DNA of 64,000 nucleotides from an uncultured Thermoplasmatales archaeon (GTDB lineage Archaea; Thermoplasmatota; E2; DHVEG-1): NCBI GenBank assembly GCA_964481275.1, contig CAYZTD010000001.1, positions 50,989 to 114,988 of the forward strand, read 5' to 3'. Shown piece by piece: positions 56,929 to 64,000 of this stretch (position 1 is its first letter; each line of letters starts with the position of its first letter). The notes under the pieces were generated by a model. It saw only the letters and a program-made list of their open reading frames with translations, ran no database searches and was not told where the DNA came from. The position numbers and the translations under genes were made by a program.

Positions 56929-57717
56929 ATGATCAGACATAATAAAAAAAATACTGATTTTGATAAAAAACATTCTGAAATTGCCGACTTCATTGATAAT
57001 CTATCAATAGATGATTTAAAATCTAGTAAAAAGAAGGATTTAATAAAAAAAGATATGAATTCTGTTGATGAAGATAAAAATATTGAAGGAAGAATTTATA
57101 ATTTTTCATCTGTAGATAAAAAACCTAGGAAAAAAGGAAAATATTACTTGATTGCGGCTCTTTTAATAATTGCAATTATTGTGTCTGTTTCTTATTTTCT
57201 TTTTGTAAATACTGATATAGATTCTGATGGAGATGGTATACCTGATTCTGAGGATTTATTTCCTAATAAAGATGCTAAAGTACGTGTTTCCATTGAAGAT
57301 TTTGTATATCTAGATGCTAAGAATTTAACAAGCTCAAAAAAAATATATTACTATATTCTTGAGTTTTTCAATTTTAATTGGGATAACCTTACATATGATG
57401 GAATTGGTGATTCAAAATCAAATTATTTTTCCTCAAAAACATATAATAGTTTTACTTTTGAAGATGCAATTATTAATGTTTCAGATGATGTTAGGTATCA
57501 TACTATTTCAATCCAATTCTATTATTATGATACTGAAAAACGGAATCATACTGGTTTAGATATAGATGATGATTGGACTTGGGCTCTTACCTTAGAATAT
57601 GACATTGTATCTGGGACCTGGAAAGGAGATGATAGTACTGGTATCTCAGATGGTAGTAAAGATAATATTCCTGGAGAAGAGGATTGTTATATTGAATATT
57701 CTTTAGAGACTATTTAG
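56929..57717 (+). CDS. Single-pass membrane protein with DxDxDG calcium-binding-like motif (hypothetical)
   Basis: TM YYLIAALLIIAIIVSVSYFLFV followed by DIDSDGDGIPDSEDLFPN. Confidence 0.35.
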   Translation: MIRHNKKNTDFDKKHSEIADFIDNLSIDDLKSSKKKDLIKKDMNSVDEDKNIEGRIYNFSSVDKKPRKKGKYYLIAALLIIAIIVSVSYFLFVNTDIDSDGDGIPDSEDLFPNKDAKVRVSIEDFVYLDAKNLTSSKKIYYYILEFFNFNWDNLTYDGIGDSKSNYFSSKTYNSFTFEDAIINVSDDVRYHTISIQFYYYDTEKRNHTGLDIDDDWTWALTLEYDIVSGTWKGDDSTGISDGSKDNIPGEEDCYIEYSLETI

Positions 57718-57802
57718 GATAATATTTCAAATTGACTTAATTACGCTAAATTTATAAATAGTATAAATTACAAAGTATAAACAAAGGATATCACTAAGAG
57801 GG

Positions 57803-60800
57803 GTGAAAAGAATAAGATATCTTAGAAAGAAAAATGAAGCTGTTTCTGCAGTTATTGGAACTATTCTAATCATTTCTATTGTTATGAGTTCTATTAGTTT
57901 TGTTATGATTTTTTATATACCTCAAATGGAGAGAATGAAGGCGTTTTCTCAATATGAAGCAGTAAATACACAATTTGGTGTATTAGAAAATTCTCTTTCT
58001 AATCTGATAAGTAATGGTGATGGTTCTACTGAAAAAAATAATGTTGGTATCGAATCCGGCTCTTTTAGCATGAATAATATAGATGAGGATAGACTTGTTG
58101 TTATGTATGCTTGTGATGGTTATGATTTTAATGTTACTGGTCTTAATGATGGAGATAAAAATTTTATTTTAGATATGATTGATGGACAGGTTAGCCAAAT
58201 AAAGGTCCGTTCTTCTGAGACAACATCAAATTATAGTAAATTTGTGCCATCAGCAGTACCTCCTCCCTCTGCTGATTCTCCTTATGAAGTTAAAATTTAT
58301 GATTTTAATGATCCTGATAATAAAGCATATAACACAGATCAAGGAACATCAAATCCTTTAGATCCACATACAGATATAGATAGTTTTAGTATATATCAGG
58401 CTGATGAATATAACAACATCACATCTGATGATTCTAATCGTAATCTGTGGGAGGGATATACTACACCCCCTCCTTATAACAAATATGCTAATCTATTGTA
58501 TTTTTTTAAGGTAGATGAATCTCCTTCATCTATAAATAGAATTAATTTCTCTTGGACTGGTTATGATACTTTAACTAACGATGGTTATTTTGGTTTGTAT
58601 ATTTATAACAATGATTCCTCTTCCTGGCAAGAGTTGAGCAAAACGTCAAATAGTTTTACTGAAGAAACATTATCTTTTAATCTCACAAGTAACGATCTAG
58701 GTGAAGATGATTTCAGTTCCTTTATTAATGATAGTGGATATATGATTTTTGCAGCATCCGGTGCTAAAGGTCCGGGTGAACCTACAAATAATCCTCCTAA
58801 TGAACCTAGTAATCCTTCTCCTAGTGATGGTGCTGTTGATCAGCGTATTGATGTCGGTCTTAGTTGGGATGGAGGTGATCCTGATGGTGATGATGTTACT
58901 TATGATATATATTTTGGAACTAGGGAACCTCTGCCTTTGTTGGAGTCAGGTCATCCAGAAAATAGATATAGGTTCGAGAGGGATTTAAGTTATGGTACGC
59001 TCTATTATTGGCAGATTGTCGCTGAAGATAGTTATGGTGAGACTACTTCTGGTTCTGTATGGCGTTTTATTACAAGTAACGCTCCAAACAGACCTCCTAA
59101 TGAACCTAGTAATCCTTCTCCTAGTGATGGTGCTGTTGATCAGCGTATTGATGTCGGTCTTAGTTGGGATGGAGGTGATCCTGATGGTGATGATGTTACT
59201 TATGATATATATTTTGGAACTAGGGAACCTCTGCCTTTGTTGGAGTCAGGTCATCCAGAAAATAGATATAGGTTCGAGAGGGATTTAAGTTATGGTACGC
59301 TCTATTATTGGCAGATTGTCGCTGAAGATAGTTATGGTGAGACTACTTCTGGTTCTGTATGGTGTTTTTCTACAATTAGAGAGCTCGTAGAAAGTATAGA
59401 TTTTTGCATGACTCTTGATTGTTGTTGTTTTCCTGCGGGTACTAAGATTACTATGGCTAATGGTTCATATAAAAATATTGAAGATGTAAAGGTTGGGGAT
59501 TTTGTTAAATCATATAATGAGGTTGCTTGTCTTTTTGAGAATAGAGAGGTTTTAGAATTAGAATCACCAGTGAGAGAGGGTTATTATGAACTTTTTTCAA
59601 GTGATAAGAAAATAGTTGAGGTTACAAATGAACATCCTTTTTATGTGAAAAAATCTGATGGAAGTATATCTTGGTGTTCTATTGAACCTAGTGTTACTCA
59701 CAAGTATTATCCAAATCTTTATAAGGTTCAAAAATTGGAAATCGATGATAAAATATTTAATGAAAATGGAAACTGGGTTGAATTGACAGATTGGAATTAC
59801 GTAAAGGGCCCAATTCAAACTTTTAATTTAAAAAATATTGGAGAAACTCATACATTTTTTGCTGAAGGATTATTAGTACATAATAAAGAGATACCTACTT
59901 CACATTGTCTTGGTCCCTTAGATGATAGTAATGTTTGGTCTGATGATAATGATCTATATAATTTTCATGAAAATAGTATCTCATTTTCTGATGGTTTTTT
60001 TGGATTTATCCCATCTTATAGAAGGAATTGCTTAGATTCACCTCTATATACTTATAAAACCCTTTTTAGTACAAACAAAGATACTAATCAACCTACTATT
60101 TTTTATCTAGGGTATTCTGATTATATATCTAATTCTCATTTTACATTGTATGAAAATTATTTGGATCTAAAAGTTTTTTATAATTCTGGTGATGGTATCT
60201 CTCCTAGTTCTAGTATTACTATTAAACCTGATAAGTTATGTACTGAAAAATCTATTAGTTTTAGCTGGAAGGGATATGATGATACAACTGATTCAGAAGA
60301 TCTTGTCTATAAATATAGACTTGACCCTTATCAAACTAGCTGGCAACCAGGACAGGATTCATGGACATCTAGTACTAGTGTGACCTATAATGATCTTGCC
60401 TATGGTGATTATATTTTTAGAGTCCGAGCTCGTGATGAAGCTATGAATATCGAGACTTTTGAAAATATCGGTATAAATACTTATTCTTTTAGTATTGTTG
60501 AGTCTACACAAATCTTGAATGGATCTACCAATCCAGATGATTTTCCTATTGATAGTGATAGTGGACCAGTTTCTTTAGATGTCTATAATGATATTTCAGA
60601 TTTTTCACATATTGAACTATACAATGGTGATGATGTTGTCGGTGGTGTTTATGTTTTTGATTTTGTTCCTTTAAGTTGGGAGCTTTCTTCATCTTCAGGT
60701 ATATATAGTGTTTATATGGAAAACGATGCTATTTTTTCTTCTAGTGGTAATAATATTTATGTTATGACTAAAAAACCAGATGGTATCTATACAAATGATG

Positions 60801-61096
60801 GTAGTTTTATTTTTCATGTAGTACAGACTGTTGTTTCTTCTGATTCTGCTATTAGTTCTAGTGGCAGTGGTAGTTTATCTTTAGTTTCAAGACTTGTTGA
60901 GAATCGTGTTTTAGAAGATAGTGATATCGGTATGTTAAAGGTTCAGAATTTTGGTAAATTTTCTGATGTATGGAATGATTACTATTCAGAAGTTCATAGT
61001 TTTTCAAGTTCAGATGATGTTACATTGGTATGTTCTGATACTGAAAATCTTGTTTTAGTTTATTCTATCATTGAGTTAGATATGGAGAGTGGTTAA
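57803..61096 (+). CDS. Very large surface protein with archaeal type IV pilin-like N-terminus (class III signal peptide), duplicated FN3 units, internal Hint (intein/BIL-like) domain and Y_Y_Y-like domain
   Basis: KKNEAVSAVIGTILIISIVMSS resembles archaeal Pilin_N (KxAVSPVIGxxLxxAIT). Hint blocks CCFPAGTKITMANGS...TNEHPFYVKK...LLVHN. YKYRLDPYQTSWQPG...YIFRVRARD is Y_Y_Y/FN3-like. Confidence 0.65.
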   Translation: MKRIRYLRKKNEAVSAVIGTILIISIVMSSISFVMIFYIPQMERMKAFSQYEAVNTQFGVLENSLSNLISNGDGSTEKNNVGIESGSFSMNNIDEDRLVVMYACDGYDFNVTGLNDGDKNFILDMIDGQVSQIKVRSSETTSNYSKFVPSAVPPPSADSPYEVKIYDFNDPDNKAYNTDQGTSNPLDPHTDIDSFSIYQADEYNNITSDDSNRNLWEGYTTPPPYNKYANLLYFFKVDESPSSINRINFSWTGYDTLTNDGYFGLYIYNNDSSSWQELSKTSNSFTEETLSFNLTSNDLGEDDFSSFINDSGYMIFAASGAKGPGEPTNNPPNEPSNPSPSDGAVDQRIDVGLSWDGGDPDGDDVTYDIYFGTREPLPLLESGHPENRYRFERDLSYGTLYYWQIVAEDSYGETTSGSVWRFITSNAPNRPPNEPSNPSPSDGAVDQRIDVGLSWDGGDPDGDDVTYDIYFGTREPLPLLESGHPENRYRFERDLSYGTLYYWQIVAEDSYGETTSGSVWCFSTIRELVESIDFCMTLDCCCFPAGTKITMANGSYKNIEDVKVGDFVKSYNEVACLFENREVLELESPVREGYYELFSSDKKIVEVTNEHPFYVKKSDGSISWCSIEPSVTHKYYPNLYKVQKLEIDDKIFNENGNWVELTDWNYVKGPIQTFNLKNIGETHTFFAEGLLVHNKEIPTSHCLGPLDDSNVWSDDNDLYNFHENSISFSDGFFGFIPSYRRNCLDSPLYTYKTLFSTNKDTNQPTIFYLGYSDYISNSHFTLYENYLDLKVFYNSGDGISPSSSITIKPDKLCTEKSISFSWKGYDDTTDSEDLVYKYRLDPYQTSWQPGQDSWTSSTSVTYNDLAYGDYIFRVRARDEAMNIETFENIGINTYSFSIVESTQILNGSTNPDDFPIDSDSGPVSLDVYNDISDFSHIELYNGDDVVGGVYVFDFVPLSWELSSSSGIYSVYMENDAIFSSSGNNIYVMTKKPDGIYTNDGSFIFHVVQTVVSSDSAISSSGSGSLSLVSRLVENRVLEDSDIGMLKVQNFGKFSDVWNDYYSEVHSFSSSDDVTLVCSDTENLVLVYSIIELDMESG
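58793..59362 (+). repeat. Perfect tandem direct repeat: two 270-bp units (58793-59062, 59093-59362), period 300 bp, encoding duplicated FN3-like domain
   Basis: Identical nucleotide strings from cctcctaatgaacctagtaatcc to ggttctgtatgg. Identical antisense ORFs also appear in the track. Confidence 0.85.
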
Positions 61097-61163
61097 TAAT
61101 CAATATATTTAAATAATTTAAATATATGATAGATATGTTATATAAAAGAGTGAGTGAGGAAAT

Positions 61164-64000
61164 ATGAAAGGGATGCAATATAAATATATTTTTAAAGAAA
61201 ATAAGGCTGTTTCTACTGTTGTTGGTGTCCTTCTAGTTCTTTCTCTTGTAATCACATCTGTAAGTACTATTCTACTTTTTGGTATTCCTTATATAGAGGA
61301 AAGGAATGCAAACCTAGAACATAGTAGCGTAAGTAATCAAATAGATATTGTTAGAAGTACACATAATGAGTTAGTTGATAGTAATCTGGGGTCTACTAAA
61401 GAGAATAATGTTGCTATTGAATCTGGGTCTCTTAGTTTAGCTGATACAGATGAGGATAGACTTGTAGTTATGTATGCTGATGATGGTTATAATTTTGATG
61501 TTTCTGGTCTTGGTGATGGAGATGACAATTTTATTTTAGAAATGATAGATGGAGAAATAACTGAAACAAAAATTCATTGGTATGGAACAAAAACACCTTA
61601 CAGCATGATTAAACCAACAGGTGTATCACCTATCGATGAATCAGAAGAGGCTGGTGTTTTTTATGATACTAACACATATGACTTTAGCAACTCTGACAAC
61701 AAGGCATATGGAACTGACCAAGGAGAATGGCTTTGTCCTTTAGATCCAGGTAATGATAATTATCAAGAATATGATGAAATTAAATATTCTAAAATCAGAA
61801 CCGAAGATAATTACAATATTTGGTATGGTGATTATGAAAAATATGTGAATTTATATTATCAATTTAAAATTGATGAAAATCCATCAAAGATTTATTCTAT
61901 TGTTTTTAATTGGAGTGGATATGATGATTTGATACATGGCGGAAATTTCAGTTTCCATATCTGGAATTTTACTAGTGATTCGTGGGAGGAAGAAAAAAGA
62001 ATTCCTGCTCCATATGAAAGTAAACAAAACTATTTTGTTCTTAAATCAATTGGGGGATATAATCCTGATCCTGATTTCACTGATCATTACATAGATGGTT
62101 CAGGGAATGTTATTTTTGGTTTATGTGGTTCAGAGGGAACTGATAAATCTGAAAGTATAACAGTTGAATATCCCTCTAATCCTGAGATTTTTTATAGAGG
62201 TAATAGTTATAATGTTCTTTGGTCTTCTAAAAATGTTACTGGTAATGTAAAAATTGAATTGATACAGTTATCGGATGAAGAATTAGAAAAATTTAAGATA
62301 GATGGAGGTGGAATAAGGGGTGAATCTACTAAAGTTCTATTTGCAAATACAGAAAACGATGGAGAAGAGTTATGGTATGTTGAACCAGAAGAGCATACTG
62401 GTTCTAATTTTATTATTAATGTTTCTAGTATAAATAATCAAAGTGTTTTTGATTATAGTGATAATGAATTTACGATAACTGACTTGGATACCGTACCAGG
62501 AGAAACTTGTAGTGATACGTGTTCTGGTTCTACTTGTGAGGGTACTTGTCCAGATGATTATACTTGTTTTAATCCTACTTGTTTTGGTGATACTTGTACA
62601 GATACTTGTAGGGATACTTGTGGTGATTTAACTTGTCTTGATACTTGTACAAATACTTGTTTTACTTGTAACGGTTGTATTGATGAAACCCTTCAAGATA
62701 CTTGCCCGGCAACACAATGTGCATGTTGTTTTCCTGAGGGTACTAAGATTAGTATGGCTGATGGTTCTTTAAAAAATATTGAGAATATTGTTGTTGGTGA
62801 TAGGGTTTTATCTTTTGATGTTGAAAATAATGTTTTTGTTGAGTCTGTTGTTTCTGATTTTATTGTTAAGGTTCGTGAGGGTGTTTATAGTATTAATGAT
62901 GGTATTATTATGCCTACTGATGATCATCCTTTTTATGTGAAGAAATCTGATGGTATTACTGCTTGGGCTTCTATTAATCCTGATAAATCTAAGGTTATGT
63001 ATAATGATAGGGATGCTGTCAGTTTGGAGGTTGGTGATAGTTTGTTTACTGGTGATAGTTGGGTTGATATTGAGTCTATTGTTTTTTGTCCAGGTGAACT
63101 TGTTACTTATACTTTTGCGGTTGATAGTGTTTTTCATGATTACTTTGCTAACGGTATTCTAGTTAGTAACTGCATTGGCTGTACAAGTGGTGAGACCTGT
63201 ATGACTTGTAGCGGTAATACTTGTGACTCTACTTGTACAGCTACTTGTAGTAATACTTGTGATTGCCCTAGTCCTAATTGTTGTTTTCCTGAGGGTACTA
63301 AGATTAGTATGGCTGATGGTTCTTTAAAAAATATTGAGAATATTGTTGTTGGTGATAGGGTTTTATCTTTTGATGTTGAAAATAATGTTTTTGTTGAGTC
63401 TGTTGTTTCTGATTTTATTGTTAAGGTTCGTGAGGGTGTTTATAGTATTAATGATGGTATTATTATGCCTACTGATGATCATCCTTTTTATGTGAAGAAA
63501 TCTGATGGTATTACTGCTTGGGCTTCTATTAATCCTGATAAATCTAAGGTTATGTATAATGATAGGGATGCTGTCAGTTTGGAGGTTGGTGATAGTTTGT
63601 TTACTGGTGATAGTTGGGTTGATATTGAGTCTATTGTTTTTTGTCCAGGTGAACTTGTTACTTATACTTTTGCGGTTGATAGTGTTTTTCATGATTACTT
63701 TGCTAACGGTATTCTAGTTAGTAATGGAGCTGCTGAAGGTTGTATAGTAACAGGCGGTGGTGAAGGTGGCCCTTCCCTGGCGACTGCTCCCTTGGATGAT
63801 TATGCTAAAGATCTTCTTTATGATACTGATTGGGGTATTTCTTTTTCCAATGGTTTTTATGGTGCTGCTCCTTCATATGATAATAATTGTTTGGATTCAC
63901 CTATATATAACTATAAAACTGTCTTAAGTATAAGTGGAAATATTAACCAACCTGATATATCCTTTTTAGGGGGGTCCAATTTTGATGATGTGTTAGAACA
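61164..64000 (+). CDS. Paralogous pilin-like large surface protein with two tandem Hint domains separated by Cys-rich DTC linkers (3' end outside window)
   Basis: MKGMQYKYIFKENKAVSTVVGVLLVLSLVIT class-III-like N-terminus, GTGAGGA SD. Two CCFPEGTKISMADGS...TDDHPFYVKK...ILVSN units. No stop before the window end. Confidence 0.65.
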   Translation, partial: MKGMQYKYIFKENKAVSTVVGVLLVLSLVITSVSTILLFGIPYIEERNANLEHSSVSNQIDIVRSTHNELVDSNLGSTKENNVAIESGSLSLADTDEDRLVVMYADDGYNFDVSGLGDGDDNFILEMIDGEITETKIHWYGTKTPYSMIKPTGVSPIDESEEAGVFYDTNTYDFSNSDNKAYGTDQGEWLCPLDPGNDNYQEYDEIKYSKIRTEDNYNIWYGDYEKYVNLYYQFKIDENPSKIYSIVFNWSGYDDLIHGGNFSFHIWNFTSDSWEEEKRIPAPYESKQNYFVLKSIGGYNPDPDFTDHYIDGSGNVIFGLCGSEGTDKSESITVEYPSNPEIFYRGNSYNVLWSSKNVTGNVKIELIQLSDEELEKFKIDGGGIRGESTKVLFANTENDGEELWYVEPEEHTGSNFIINVSSINNQSVFDYSDNEFTITDLDTVPGETCSDTCSGSTCEGTCPDDYTCFNPTCFGDTCTDTCRDTCGDLTCLDTCTNTCFTCNGCIDETLQDTCPATQCACCFPEGTKISMADGSLKNIENIVVGDRVLSFDVENNVFVESVVSDFIVKVREGVYSINDGIIMPTDDHPFYVKKSDGITAWASINPDKSKVMYNDRDAVSLEVGDSLFTGDSWVDIESIVFCPGELVTYTFAVDSVFHDYFANGILVSNCIGCTSGETCMTCSGNTCDSTCTATCSNTCDCPSPNCCFPEGTKISMADGSLKNIENIVVGDRVLSFDVENNVFVESVVSDFIVKVREGVYSINDGIIMPTDDHPFYVKKSDGITAWASINPDKSKVMYNDRDAVSLEVGDSLFTGDSWVDIESIVFCPGELVTYTFAVDSVFHDYFANGILVSNGAAEGCIVTGGGEGGPSLATAPLDDYAKDLLYDTDWGISFSNGFYGAAPSYDNNCLDSPIYNYKTVLSISGNINQPDISFLGGSNFDDVLE
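62724..63724 (+). repeat. Tandem direct repeat: two apparently identical 446-bp Hint-domain units (62724-63169, 63279-63724), period 555 bp, separated by a 109-bp Cys-rich linker
   Basis: Identical antisense ORFs 62808..63137 and 63363..63692 (109 aa) and 62950..63162 and 63505..63717 (70 aa) in the track. Sense reading is CCFPEGTKISMADGS...ANGILVSN twice. Confidence 0.85.

Noticed and set aside
59426..59890. Hint domains as canonical protein-splicing inteins in an essential gene
   Set aside because: The residue after the terminal Asn is Lys or Gly (Cys in one tandem copy only). There is no homing endonuclease domain. The host proteins are surface proteins that carry one or two copies at the same site. 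A BIL/Hedgehog-type autoprocessing module fits better.
57803..64000. Pilin/Hint giants as polymorphic toxin (Hint plus C-terminal toxin plus immunity) loci
   Set aside because: The Hint domains are internal and are followed by more than 400 aa of conserved FN3/Y_Y_Y-like structural sequence, not by a short variable toxin domain. No small immunity-like ORFs follow.

Overview
AT-rich (about 30% GC) archaeal genomic segment. Archaeal hallmarks: class-III (type IV pilin-like) signal peptides, prefoldin beta, r-protein S17e, an archaeal-type riboflavin synthase with RibL, Mre11-Rad50 and gyrB-gyrA. A housekeeping core (12.2-35.6 kb) is flanked on both sides by a large set of genes for secreted multidomain peptidases and surface proteins (1-12.1 kb minus strand, 24.9-31 kb, 35.8-64 kb plus strand). 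These include at least four papain-like C1 peptidases, four or five gingipain-like C25 peptidases, an S8 subtilisin, a caspase-like C14 protein, an HExxH metallopeptidase and a beta-propeller/FN3/PKD adhesin-like protein. Most of these genes share three traits. (i) A conserved 5' leader 'aATGATGTGATaa' sits 3-5 nt upstream of the start codon; the six-frame ORF track extended several of these ORFs through this leader with GTG or TTG starts. (ii) They carry conserved AT-rich promoter cassettes, four near-identical copies on the plus strand and six copies of a 'TGAGGAATATTGTTCTATAAG' box on the minus strand. (iii) The proteins end in a PKD-like domain followed by a basic 'PKSK' motif and an amphipathic hydrophobic tail, which may be an uncharacterised sorting or anchoring signal. 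The 3' end of the window encodes two very large paralogous proteins with archaeal type-IV-pilin-like N-termini that carry internal Hint (intein/Hedgehog-like, BIL-like) domains. One has a perfectly duplicated 270-bp FN3 unit. The other has two 446-bp Hint units that read as identical, separated by Cys-rich 'DTC' linkers. One C25 peptidase gene carries a single in-frame TAG at a conserved Trp position. No rRNA, tRNA or CRISPR array was recognised. All assignments rest on reading motifs by eye; no database search was possible.
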